A stretch of DNA of 64,000 nucleotides from a bacterium (GCA_037444125.1 JBBINA010000003.1:3167-67166), one strand, 5' to 3'; shown: positions 11,117 to 20,127, counted from the stretch's first letter. Notes: generated from the sequence alone by a model not told the origin. A program made the numbers and translations.

Positions 11117-11659
11117 ATGGATCTTTTTATAAAGCCAGACAAGTTCATAAAAAATCTTGCTTATATTAAACCATCTTTTAATGTAGCTGATTTTGGCTGC
11201 GGATCAGGCTATTTTACTCTAGAAATTGCCAAAAAAATCGGTCAAATTTCTAAAGTTTATGCCATAGACATACTTAAAGAACCTCTGATTAATTTAAAAA
11301 GGAAAGCTGAAATGCTTGGCATATTTAATATTAAATTTGTTCTGTCTGATTTAGAAAAAATTGGCGGCTCTCTTTTGGACAACGAATCTGTCAATTGCGT
11401 ATTCGTTGCTAATATTCTTTTCCAGGTAAAACATAAAAATAATTTAATTAATGAAGCAATAAGAATTATCCAAAAAAACGGCTATTTAATTTTACTTGAA
11501 TACGAAAATTCTTTCGCGCAATTCGGGCCGCCAAAAACACAACGGATACCCAAAAAACTCTTACTGGAACTTCTAAATGACTCAGGTATGAAACTCATCG
11601 AAGACTTCAAACCAAGCGAAAGTCATTATTGCCTTGTTTATGAGAAAACGATACAATGA
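11117..11659 (+). CDS. class I SAM-dependent methyltransferase
   Basis: 180 aa with motif I VADFGCGSGYFTLEIA and downstream motifs typical of the Rossmann-fold MTase family. Confidence 0.6.
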   Translation: MDLFIKPDKFIKNLAYIKPSFNVADFGCGSGYFTLEIAKKIGQISKVYAIDILKEPLINLKRKAEMLGIFNIKFVLSDLEKIGGSLLDNESVNCVFVANILFQVKHKNNLINEAIRIIQKNGYLILLEYENSFAQFGPPKTQRIPKKLLLELLNDSGMKLIEDFKPSESHYCLVYEKTIQ

Positions 11660-12966
11660 TGTTCTTACAACCTAAATCAATACGACTTATTGTCATAATA
11701 TTTATATGCTTATTATTGGTTACTTTTGTTTTGTTATGGTTTAGCTCCAAAAAAAAAGAACCAGTCCTACCAGTACAACTATACTTTTGGGGTGTTTTTG
11801 ATGATTCAGATATTTACGAAGATTTTATAAGAGAGTTTAGATTAAAACATCCTGATGTAAGTATCGAATACAAGAAATTTGACTATCTTGAATATGAAAG
11901 CGAGCTGCTAGATGCACTCAATAAGAAAATTGGTCCTGACATATTTTTTATCCATAACGCTGGCCTTTGGCGGTATATGAACTTTATATCTCCGGCTCCT
12001 CGTAATCTTATATCATCGGATTATGTACAAAAAAATTACGCGCCGGTAGTAACTAAAGATTTTGTAAGGGATAACGAAGTATATTCTTTGCCTTTATATG
12101 TTTCCACGCCAGCTCTTTTTTATAATAAAAAGCTCTTTACTAAAAATTTTATCGTCAGTCCTCCATACACATGGGAGGAATTTATCAAACAAACCGAAGT
12201 TTTAAAAAGAATAGACGAAAATGGCAACATACTTACCGCTGGCGCAGCCATGGGAACGGCTCAGAATATCAACCGGGCAGTGGACATATTGTATCTTTTA
12301 ATGCTGCAGTCTGGAACAATATTTTATGCTGATAATGGACGAGCTGTTTTTGCCCAAGATATTATTATTGATAACAAAACTTTCAATCCGGCTGAACAAG
12401 CGTTAAAGTTTTACACTGATTTTGCTAATCCTAAAAAAAAGGTATACACTTACAATAATACCCTTGATTACTCTATTGACCTTTTTACTAAAGACCGTTT
12501 AGGCATGATGTTTAACTATAACTGGCATATCAGAACTATTAGGACAAAAAACCCCCTGCTTGACTTTGGAATAGCTCCTATTCCACAACCAAAAGTTTCA
12601 AAAAACCAAAAAGCCTTTGCTAACTATTGGTCCTTGGTAGTGAATAAAAATTCAGCGTTTAAAAATATTGCTTGGGAATTCATCAGTTTTTTAAGTCAAC
12701 CGGAAAATCTTAAACGTTACCTTCAAAAAACATCCAATCCCACTCCTCGTAAAGACCTAATTTCTTGGCAAATTGAAAATATGCCGGAACTAGCTGTTTT
12801 TGCTTCGCAAATTATTATTGCCGACTCTTTTCCCCGCTACGATGATGTTGCATACGAAAAAGTTTTTAATAAAATGATAGATGATGTTGTCTATGAATAC
12901 TATAGTCCAAAAACAGCACTACAAAATGCCCAAAACGAAATAAATAAAATAATAATAAGTAGATAA
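11656..12966 (+). CDS. extracellular solute-binding protein (ABC-transporter family-1 SBP-like), membrane anchored
   Basis: 436 aa. N-terminal TM, then LYFWGVFDDSDIYEDFIREFRLKHPDVSIEYKKFDY...GPDIFFIHNAGLW, which is typical of sugar-type SBPs. No permease or ATPase genes are adjacent. Confidence 0.55.
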   Translation: MMFLQPKSIRLIVIIFICLLLVTFVLLWFSSKKKEPVLPVQLYFWGVFDDSDIYEDFIREFRLKHPDVSIEYKKFDYLEYESELLDALNKKIGPDIFFIHNAGLWRYMNFISPAPRNLISSDYVQKNYAPVVTKDFVRDNEVYSLPLYVSTPALFYNKKLFTKNFIVSPPYTWEEFIKQTEVLKRIDENGNILTAGAAMGTAQNINRAVDILYLLMLQSGTIFYADNGRAVFAQDIIIDNKTFNPAEQALKFYTDFANPKKKVYTYNNTLDYSIDLFTKDRLGMMFNYNWHIRTIRTKNPLLDFGIAPIPQPKVSKNQKAFANYWSLVVNKNSAFKNIAWEFISFLSQPENLKRYLQKTSNPTPRKDLISWQIENMPELAVFASQIIIADSFPRYDDVAYEKVFNKMIDDVVYEYYSPKTALQNAQNEINKIIISR

Positions 12967-12981
12967 ATCCTATAAAATACG

Positions 12982-13986
12982 GTGCAAAACAACTATAAAA
13001 TTATAAAAATATCGCAACTCAAAAAGTTTTTATGGTTTTTTTTCTTCTATATTATTATATTGTCACTACCTAAAATAGGTAAAGCGCAACTTAGCTTAAA
13101 CTGCACAGGTAGTTGCATCAAAGGTAGTGATTGTTCAATTTCTTTATCATTTACTTGTCCTGCAGGTATTCCACCTGGCACTAACTGTTTAGTAACAGGC
13201 AATATGCCACCAATCGGATCAAATGCTCAATGTGGGGCAGGCGGAATAGGAAGCGGCACAGTTATGTTCAGCGGCAGCAGTTATCCTGCCTCGGGACAAT
13301 TCGAAGTAAACCTAACATGCCTTGGCAGACATGATAACTGCGCTATCCCTATCCAAAGTACACCAGGCAACAATAATAATAGCATATGTGAACCCGGCGA
13401 ATCTGGCCTACCTGACTGTGACGGCAACTGTGATCCAACAACTGAATGCGATTCATCTGACTGCGCCGACAACGCTCTTTGCAATTCTGGTGGGTGCAGT
13501 GCTGATGGTAATTGTAATACCGGTTGCGCAGGGGCAGGATTTGCTGATCCTGACTGTACAATGCTGCCATCTGACTTACCACCTGCCGGGCCAAGTGGTA
13601 AGATATGTGCCGGGGTGCCCCCACCACCATCAAATCCAAAACTATGCGAAAACATAGTTCGTTGCGGCGGCTGTTGGGAACCACCCTGCAATCTATGTCA
13701 CATCTTTGAAACCATCAGCAATATTATAAATTGCATCTTGAGATTAGCGTTCCTTATAGGCGCAGTCTTAATTGTCTTTGGAGGTATGTTAATTCTTCTT
13801 TCAGGTTTTTATCCAAATCTTCGCCAACAAGGCAAAACAATTTTTACAGCTGTTATTTACGGCCTAATTATTGCTATGTTATCTTATATCATTGTTTTTA
13901 CTATTGTTTCGCTTTTTGCCCAAAATATGGCCGACTTCAGTTTCTCAGCCAGTGGCTTTAGTTTTACCTGCCAAGCTTATCAATAA
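12982..13986 (+). CDS. cysteine-rich secreted protein with a C-terminal two-helix pilin-like module (putative adhesin/minor pilin)
   Basis: 334 aa. Signal peptide, then roughly 220 aa rich in Cys (about 27), Gly and Pro with CxxxC/CxGxC spacing. The C-terminal segment IINCILRLAFLIGAVLIVFGGMLILLSGFYPNLRQQGKTIFTAVIYGLIIAMLSYIIVF aligns with the conserved module of the five downstream small proteins. Local GC is above 50% against a background near 30%. Confidence 0.6.
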   Translation: MQNNYKIIKISQLKKFLWFFFFYIIILSLPKIGKAQLSLNCTGSCIKGSDCSISLSFTCPAGIPPGTNCLVTGNMPPIGSNAQCGAGGIGSGTVMFSGSSYPASGQFEVNLTCLGRHDNCAIPIQSTPGNNNNSICEPGESGLPDCDGNCDPTTECDSSDCADNALCNSGGCSADGNCNTGCAGAGFADPDCTMLPSDLPPAGPSGKICAGVPPPPSNPKLCENIVRCGGCWEPPCNLCHIFETISNIINCILRLAFLIGAVLIVFGGMLILLSGFYPNLRQQGKTIFTAVIYGLIIAMLSYIIVFTIVSLFAQNMADFSFSASGFSFTCQAYQ

Positions 13987-13995
13987 AATAAATCT

Positions 13996-14370
13996 TTGAA
14001 GCGAAGAAAAAACATAATCCCAAAACTTATATACTACATAATAGCGTTAATAACAGTTTTGCCTACAACAGCAACAGCGCAACCAACAGACTGTCTTGGC
14101 GGATGTCCCTTACCGCAGTATAGCATTTTTGACAGCATTGAAAGTTTTTTAGATAAAGTAGCCTGGTTTGTTGCTTCAGTGGCTTTTCCGATCGCCGGCA
14201 TTGCTCTAATCTGGGCAGGCATCAAGTTTCTTTTGGCCAGAGGCGACGAAATGCAACTAAGGGAAGCTAAAGAAAATCTCAGATGGGCAATAATAGGGAC
14301 ATTCATTGCTCTAGGTGCCTATGTTTTCGTTAACACTATCAAAAAAGTCATTGAAACCTTTGCGCCGTAA
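13996..14370 (+). CDS. VirB2/TrbC-like pilin-family small secreted protein (paralog 1)
   Basis: 124 aa (TTG start). Signal peptide, a Cys pair (DCLGGCP), hydrophobic helix, loop AGIKFLLARGDEMQLREAKENLRWAIIG, then a second hydrophobic helix. Confidence 0.6.
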   Translation: MKRRKNIIPKLIYYIIALITVLPTTATAQPTDCLGGCPLPQYSIFDSIESFLDKVAWFVASVAFPIAGIALIWAGIKFLLARGDEMQLREAKENLRWAIIGTFIALGAYVFVNTIKKVIETFAP

Positions 14371-14397
14371 ATAAAATTAAATTAAATATTAAATTAA

Positions 14398-14775
14398 ATG
14401 AAAAAACTAATACTGAAATTAACAATAGTAACAACAAGCGTCTTTGTCTTCTTTTTTTGTGTTAGTCCAACGGTTCTTACACAAAATCTCATCACTAATG
14501 TGATTGATATTACATCTCCAACAGGTCAAAGAACCATTATTGAAATCCTTAAAGAGGTTTTAAATTGGATAGTTTTATTAGGTCTACCAATTACTGGAGC
14601 CTTTCTGATTCTTGCCGGCATCAAGTTTTTAACTGCTCACGGAGACGAAAGCCAAATTCGCGATGCCAAACGAATGTTAGTCTATACAATCGTCGGTGGA
14701 GCCATAGTTTTAGCCGCCTTTATTATTGTCAACACAATACGGGAAATTCTAATTAGAAAAGGGCTATTCATTTAA
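14398..14775 (+). CDS. VirB2/TrbC-like pilin-family small secreted protein (paralog 2)
   Basis: 125 aa with the same architecture. Loop is LAGIKFLTAHGDESQIRDAKRMLVYTIVG. Confidence 0.6.
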   Translation: MKKLILKLTIVTTSVFVFFFCVSPTVLTQNLITNVIDITSPTGQRTIIEILKEVLNWIVLLGLPITGAFLILAGIKFLTAHGDESQIRDAKRMLVYTIVGGAIVLAAFIIVNTIREILIRKGLFI

Positions 14776-14798
14776 TAATTTTAGGCTAAAATAATATT

Positions 14799-15206
14799 AT
14801 GCTGAAAAAATTTTTTACAATACTAACGGTAATTTTTCTCTTATTGAATATAATACTCTTTGCCCTGCGTTCTTATGCCTTTGACGCTAATATTTTGGTA
14901 AATCCGCCTAACCAGCTTAATAATATGTATCCCTCCAATCAAATGCAGGCAGGAGAAATTCTTGAATTTATCATTGCCATCAGGAATTTTATTTTATTTC
15001 TCGGTGTGGCACTTTTTATAATTTTTGTGGTTATTGCCGGCATTAAATATATGGGCTCCGGTGGAGACGAGGCTAAAATAGAAGAAGCCAGAAAAAATCT
15101 TATATACGCCATTGTGGGTGGCATTATAACTTTCAGCGCTTTTATCATAATGCAGGCAATTATAAGCTTCATTAAACAATCAATTGATTTTAATTCTCTA
15201 TTCTAA
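14799..15206 (+). CDS. VirB2/TrbC-like pilin-family small secreted protein (paralog 3)
   Basis: 135 aa with the same architecture. Loop is IAGIKYMGSGGDEAKIEEARKNLIYAIVG. Confidence 0.6.
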   Translation: MLKKFFTILTVIFLLLNIILFALRSYAFDANILVNPPNQLNNMYPSNQMQAGEILEFIIAIRNFILFLGVALFIIFVVIAGIKYMGSGGDEAKIEEARKNLIYAIVGGIITFSAFIIMQAIISFIKQSIDFNSLF

Positions 15207-15217
15207 CAAAAACTATA

Positions 15218-15245
15218 TTGACATCTGGTTTACAATCCCTAAAAT
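15218..15245 (+). promoter_or_regulatory. Near-consensus sigma-70 promoter TTGACA-N16-TAAAAT inside the pilin array, upstream of paralog 4
   Basis: -35 TTGACA at 15218-15223 and -10 TAAAAT at 15240-15245. A strong SD AAGGGGGTG sits 8 nt before the ATG at 15332. Confidence 0.45.
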
Positions 15246-15331
15246 AAAAGTTAAGCTAATAAAAAACAGTTAGCAAAGATTAAATATATTAAATAAATAA
15301 AAATATTTAAGAGAAAGGGGGTGAAAAAATA

Positions 15332-15769
15332 ATGATAACCAAACTAAGTTTAAATGCTAAAAAACTTGTGGGTTTAATGTTTTTAGGACTTATGGTAGTA
15401 GGAGCGCTGGCTGGATTTTATGGCAACACGGACGCCCAGTGGAACCCAAACTATATAGGTTGGCCCGGCAATACTCTCAATAACTTTTATCCAACTACTT
15501 CGGTGGACGTGGCAGATATACTAATGATGATTATCGGTATAAGAAACTTTATCTTATTCTTAGGCATAGTGCTTGGTATTATATTCTTAGTATTAGGAGG
15601 GATAAACTATATGAGATCCGGAGGTGATGAGGCTAAAATGGCAACAGCCAGGGCGCAAATTATAGGTGGCATCATTGGTCTCGCTGTGGCAGTAGCCGCA
15701 TTCGTTTTATTGTCCGCCATAGTTGATTTTGTGGAAAAATCAGGGCAAGGAATAACAGAATTACAATAA
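15332..15769 (+). CDS. VirB2/TrbC-like pilin-family small secreted protein (paralog 4), a candidate major subunit
   Basis: 145 aa with the same architecture. Loop is LGGINYMRSGGDEAKMATARAQIIGGIIG. It is the only array member with its own consensus promoter, a strong SD and an immediate terminator. Confidence 0.6.
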   Translation: MITKLSLNAKKLVGLMFLGLMVVGALAGFYGNTDAQWNPNYIGWPGNTLNNFYPTTSVDVADILMMIIGIRNFILFLGIVLGIIFLVLGGINYMRSGGDEAKMATARAQIIGGIIGLAVAVAAFVLLSAIVDFVEKSGQGITELQ

Positions 15770-15788
15770 AAATAATATAAAAATAAAA

Positions 15789-15826
15789 AGAGAGGGTAAG
15801 GGTTTCGCACCTCTCTTTTTATTTTT
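15789..15826 (+). terminator. Rho-independent terminator after pilin paralog 4
   Basis: Hairpin AGAGAGG...CCTCTCT (7-bp stem) followed by TTTTTATTTTTT. Confidence 0.55.
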
Positions 15827-15860
15827 TATAAAATTATAAAAAATAATCTCACTAAATAGC

Positions 15861-15888
15861 TTGAAAACAGAAAATTAAAAAATATAAT
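15861..15888 (+). promoter_or_regulatory. Sigma-70-like promoter TTGAAA-N16-TATAAT ending 6 nt before the start codon of paralog 5 (a leaderless mRNA is predicted)
   Basis: -35 at 15861-15866 and -10 at 15883-15888, with the ATG at 15895. There is no room for a Shine-Dalgarno. Confidence 0.4.
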
Positions 15889-15894
15889 TAAATT

Positions 15895-16257
15895 ATGGAA
15901 AACCTACTGGATTTAATAATAACTAAAATCGTTTTTGCGCAAGCTGGAAACGTCCTCTGCCCCAGCGGCGTAGCTAACGGCCTTGTGCCATGCGATCCCT
16001 GGGCACCAGAAGATATCCTTATTTTCTTTATTTCTGTCAGAGATTTTCTGCTGGCCGTAGGTTTAGTTTTAATAATTATTTTTTTGGTTTTAAGCGGGAT
16101 AAAATTTTTAACTTCCCGAGGCAACGAAAGTCAGGTTGAAGAAGCGCGGAAAATGCTTATTTGGTCAATTGTCGGTGCGATTGTCTTAATCGGTGCTTTT
16201 GTTATCCTGCAAATGATAATTGGGATCCTACGGGATAAAGGGTTCAAAATATTCTAA
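15895..16257 (+). CDS. VirB2/TrbC-like pilin-family small secreted protein (paralog 5)
   Basis: 120 aa. Signal peptide, Cys pair (CPSGVANGLVPCDP), then the module LSGIKFLTSRGNESQVEEARKMLIWSIVG between two hydrophobic helices. Confidence 0.6.
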   Translation: MENLLDLIITKIVFAQAGNVLCPSGVANGLVPCDPWAPEDILIFFISVRDFLLAVGLVLIIIFLVLSGIKFLTSRGNESQVEEARKMLIWSIVGAIVLIGAFVILQMIIGILRDKGFKIF

Positions 16258-16262
16258 ATATT

Positions 16263-17888
16263 CTAAAGACGATACACAGTAATTTCTTCAAAATAAGAAT
16301 CTTCGTATACTTTTTTTAATTCCGGACTTTGTCTAATCAAATAATCAAAATTGTAATTTTTTTGAATTTTTTTTAAATTATACCTATCAACGACTAAAAA
16401 CTTAGCGTTAAATTCTTCTTTTAAAAGCTTATACAGGGCGTTATCGCTTTTATCGTAGCAAGCAAGCTTTTCGCCGCATTTTGACGCATATCTATCACAA
16501 ATCGCGCCTAGCCTTATCAAATTATCATAGTAGAAAAACTTTCTCGGATTATAGGGCAATATTGAATTACCATTAAGACCAACGACATAGTAATTATGAG
16601 TATTGTAATAAAAAAAGTAAGGGAAGATATCCCAACGGTCTAAAAAAACAAGATCACCGGGTTCCGAATTGTGCTTTAAAAACATAGCCGCGCCATAAAA
16701 CCGGGACAACGAAAAAGCTTGCCTATCAAAATGTCTTGCTTCACTTAACCATATTAACAAAACAATCGATAAGGTAAACGCCGCTACTATAATTACTGAC
16801 AAATAATACAGGGAGCGTCTTATCAACAACCTTGACTCTCTATTTAACAAACGATTAAAAAGTCTAAAATTTATATTTTCAGGCAAAAAAATATGAAAAC
16901 AAGCCACAAGAAAAAGAAAAATCAAGGGAACGCTATATTCAACAAATCGCTGAGACAAGAAAGTTAAAAACACAAAAAAAACTGAGCTTAGCCATAGAAA
17001 AAACCATTGAGAACACTGGCGATTTTTCTTTTGTTGGATTTCCTGATATAAAAAAAAGAAGCCAAAGCTTAAAATCACCAGATAACCAATCAAAATATAA
17101 AATAGATGCCTATCACTAAAGTAGGGAGAAGTCCACTCAATACTAACAGGAAAAGCAAAATTAATGATTGGGTTGGTATAAATCGCCTGCGAATTTAAAA
17201 TATTATTTGGAAAATATGGATTAAGAATTATACCCCACACTATACCAGAAATAACGCACAAAAACGGCTTTAAATCAAGCGCTTTATCAACAATTAACCG
17301 ACTTAAGAAATATAAAAAAGCAAGTATTACTAAAATTACATAACCATCATAAGCCCAGACAAAGAAAAAGCTGGTCATAAAAAGAAACCAATTTCTTCTA
17401 AGTAAAAGCGCATAAAGCCCGGTTAAAAAAAACAGAACAGCAAAAGCAATAGCTCTAACATTTTGAAACCTACTCATAAAATACGAAGCAAGCGGAAACA
17501 AAAAAAATAGTAAAAAAAATATAAAATGATGATCTCTTCGAATATGTTTAATAATAAGATATAAAATGCCCAAAATAAACCCAACTACAAGGGACTGTAG
17601 AAGTTTAGTGCCGTTTAAATCACCAAAAACTTTAACAAACGGGATAAGCACTACTGACCACAGAAAGTGTATACCCGGAAAATCCTTGCGCCAGCTAGTA
17701 TGATAAAGCCAAGGCATTTCTTTTATAAATCCTTTATCAGCATATATATGAGACATAGCAATGTAAAAATAACTGTCATTATCATTAATTTCATAAATAA
17801 TCTGAAATCCCAAAAACCAAACTAGCGAAACAAGCAGAAAGACAAACAAAAAACCGTGTTTTTTTATTCTTTGGCTTACAAAAGTCAT
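16263..17888 (-). CDS. polytopic membrane protein, putative GT-C-fold glycosyltransferase (ArnT/PMT-like)
   Basis: 541 aa and more than 10 predicted TM helices. Acidic first-loop motif INDNDSYFYIAMSHIY and a shared VWAYDGY motif. It is a paralog of the next gene. Confidence 0.45.
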   Translation of the reverse strand: MTFVSQRIKKHGFLFVFLLVSLVWFLGFQIIYEINDNDSYFYIAMSHIYADKGFIKEMPWLYHTSWRKDFPGIHFLWSVVLIPFVKVFGDLNGTKLLQSLVVGFILGILYLIIKHIRRDHHFIFFLLFFLFPLASYFMSRFQNVRAIAFAVLFFLTGLYALLLRRNWFLFMTSFFFVWAYDGYVILVILAFLYFLSRLIVDKALDLKPFLCVISGIVWGIILNPYFPNNILNSQAIYTNPIINFAFPVSIEWTSPYFSDRHLFYILIGYLVILSFGFFFLYQEIQQKKNRQCSQWFFLWLSSVFFVFLTFLSQRFVEYSVPLIFLFLVACFHIFLPENINFRLFNRLLNRESRLLIRRSLYYLSVIIVAAFTLSIVLLIWLSEARHFDRQAFSLSRFYGAAMFLKHNSEPGDLVFLDRWDIFPYFFYYNTHNYYVVGLNGNSILPYNPRKFFYYDNLIRLGAICDRYASKCGEKLACYDKSDNALYKLLKEEFNAKFLVVDRYNLKKIQKNYNFDYLIRQSPELKKVYEDSYFEEITVYRL

Positions 17889-19444
17889 TAAATTAAAACT
17901 TTAAAAAGATAGACCCCCTTGTTGTAACCAAAACCTTCATATATTTTGCCAAAATAAGGCGAGCGATTCAAAACATTAAATACATTAAATATGGGACGAT
18001 AAATATCTTCACCCCAAAACAAATCAATAAAAACAACCTTAGAACCAAAAATTTCTTTTATTGCTTTGGCGTATTTTTTATCTAGATAATAGTCACAGTA
18101 TTTAATTTCTTTTAAACATCGCTCTTCTTCGCAATAAATCATACCTCTATTGATTATTTCATAAATAAAATCCCTTTGTGGGTCGTATGTTTTCATAAAC
18201 TGCCGACCAAGGCCTGCCACATAATAATTATAATCATTAGCGTAAAATAAAGTCGGAAAAGACGACCAGTTTATATTAAAAATAATTTCTCCTTTAACTG
18301 TATGCTGCTTTAGAAATTGGCTTACGGCTTCGTATCTTGAAATTTTGGGTTGGCTGACAAAATATGAATTTAACTCTTTGAAATTAAATAAAAAACTTAA
18401 AACTAAATATGCGCTCCCAGCAAAAACAAAAACTTTTTTTTGTTTAAGAGGAAAATTCTTTAATTCAACTAATAATTTTTTATAAAAGGAGGCAAAAAAA
18501 ATTAAAGCAAATGGCAAAAGATAATCAATAAAACGCGCAAAAAAGAGATAAAAAACTGAAAAAATCAAGAAAACATATAATTGAAAATTGTTATAAAGCC
18601 TATTATTTTTCTGGCGTAAAAACGCCCAAAATGCCAAAATCAAAGCAAGCAAAAAATAAGCCACAATGCTTTCATGACCCCAGGGCCAAAATTCTATCCT
18701 CGGCGGAAGCCACTCTACACTAAGTGGCATATATAAAGCCTTAATTGGATTAACAATCGTAATATGCATAAACAAAATATTATTCGGAAAAAACGGGTTA
18801 ATAATTAATCCCCATAATATTCCGGATAGGCTATATAGGAAAGGCTTAAAATTCAACTTTCGCCCGCTGATAAAATTATAAATGCTCCAAAGGATCACTA
18901 AAACAAGCGATAAAAAATAACCATCATAAGCCCAGACAAAGAAAAAATTAACCAACCACAGCCAAAGATGTTTTTCTTTTAACAAAAAATAAAAAACCAG
19001 CAATAAGAAAAGCAATGAAAAAGTCAACGGCCTTATATTTAGCATTCGCCACAAGAAAGGTGTAGGCGCAGCATATAATATAAAAACAAAAAAACTTGCC
19101 GTTTTATTATTTAACTTAAAAAGATTTCGAAAAATAAAAAAAAGAGAAAAACTACTTAAAGCAAGAATAAGAGACTGATATATTTTAGCAGCCAAAAGAT
19201 CGTTTTCTATAAACCTGACAAACGGAAACATTAAAAACCAATAAAGAAAATGGTGCCCAGTAAAATTCTCTCGATAAATCGAATAATAGAGCCAAGGCAA
19301 TTTTTGAAAAAACCCGCCTTCACTAAATAATTGGGCAAGTTTAATATAAAAATAATTATCATCAAATGCCGCCAAAACAGGATAAAGACTAAGTAATAAT
19401 ACGCTAAAACTGAAGGAAACGGCAAAAACCCAAAAATAAATCAT
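17888..19444 (-). CDS. polytopic membrane protein, putative GT-C-fold glycosyltransferase (paralog of 16263-17888)
   Basis: 518 aa. First-loop motif AAFDDNYFYIKLAQLF (DD/DE-type as in ArnT/PMT) and the shared VWAYDGY motif. Confidence 0.45.
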   Translation of the reverse strand: MIYFWVFAVSFSFSVLLLSLYPVLAAFDDNYFYIKLAQLFSEGGFFQKLPWLYYSIYRENFTGHHFLYWFLMFPFVRFIENDLLAAKIYQSLILALSSFSLFFIFRNLFKLNNKTASFFVFILYAAPTPFLWRMLNIRPLTFSLLFLLLVFYFLLKEKHLWLWLVNFFFVWAYDGYFLSLVLVILWSIYNFISGRKLNFKPFLYSLSGILWGLIINPFFPNNILFMHITIVNPIKALYMPLSVEWLPPRIEFWPWGHESIVAYFLLALILAFWAFLRQKNNRLYNNFQLYVFLIFSVFYLFFARFIDYLLPFALIFFASFYKKLLVELKNFPLKQKKVFVFAGSAYLVLSFLFNFKELNSYFVSQPKISRYEAVSQFLKQHTVKGEIIFNINWSSFPTLFYANDYNYYVAGLGRQFMKTYDPQRDFIYEIINRGMIYCEEERCLKEIKYCDYYLDKKYAKAIKEIFGSKVVFIDLFWGEDIYRPIFNVFNVLNRSPYFGKIYEGFGYNKGVYLFKVLI

Positions 19445-20127
19445 CTAATTCCCAAAAAGTATAAATATAGTCTAGCTAGATGCATAAGATATCTTAAAAA
19501 TTCCCTTGTGTTTAATTTTGACGAGCCACGCTTACGATTCTTAAATACATACGGCACCTCGTCATATTTTTTATATTTACCCTTGACTAAAATTTCAATT
19601 AATATTTTATAGCCTATTGGGCTCAGTTTGATTCCCTCGATAACCGAGCGTCGTATAACGAAAAATCCAGACATAGGATCAGTACACTTACCAACTAAAG
19701 GTCTTGCCATAATCTCGCCCAGACGAGAAACTAATCTACGATGAAAAGGCCAGTCTTCAACTCTGCCACCAGCCTTTCGCCGTGTACCTACAACTAAATC
19801 GCATCCCTCCTTCTCAATCCTTGCCAAAAATTTGGGCAAAAATTCCGGCGGGTGACTCAAATCGCCATCCATAATGACAATAATCTTTCCTTGTGATTTT
19901 TTGAAACCATAAATAACCGAGTTCGAAAGATCGTATGAAACCTGATAAAATTTAACTGGATATATACGGGTTAACTTTTGGACGATACTTTTTGTGTTAT
20001 CAGCAGAAAACTTATCAATAATCAAAATTTCATAAGACTTTCCTCTTAAGGTCCTATCTAGACGTTTTATTAATTCTTTTAAATTCCTACCTTCATTTAA
20101 GGTTGGTACAACAATTGATAAACTCAT
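19441..20127 (-). CDS. GT2-family glycosyltransferase, polyprenyl-phosphate sugar synthase (Dpm1/GtrB-like)
   Basis: 228 aa: LSIVVPTLNEGRNL...IIDKFSADNT...VIMDGDLSHPPEF, i.e. DxD plus the GT-A fold. No C-terminal TM. Confidence 0.7.
   Translation of the reverse strand: MSLSIVVPTLNEGRNLKELIKRLDRTLRGKSYEILIIDKFSADNTKSIVQKLTRIYPVKFYQVSYDLSNSVIYGFKKSQGKIIVIMDGDLSHPPEFLPKFLARIEKEGCDLVVGTRRKAGGRVEDWPFHRRLVSRLGEIMARPLVGKCTDPMSGFFVIRRSVIEGIKLSPIGYKILIEILVKGKYKKYDEVPYVFKNRKRGSSKLNTREFLRYLMHLARLYLYFLGIR

Noticed and set aside
13281-13691. Three overlapping ORFs of 111-136 aa on both strands inside the Cys-rich gene
   Set aside because: They lie within the locally GC-rich (above 50%) coding region of 12982-13986, where stop codons are rare in every frame. 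Their translations are low-complexity (P/G/Q/H-rich). The sense-strand frame gives a coherent secreted Cys-rich protein ending in the pilin module. They are artefacts of composition.
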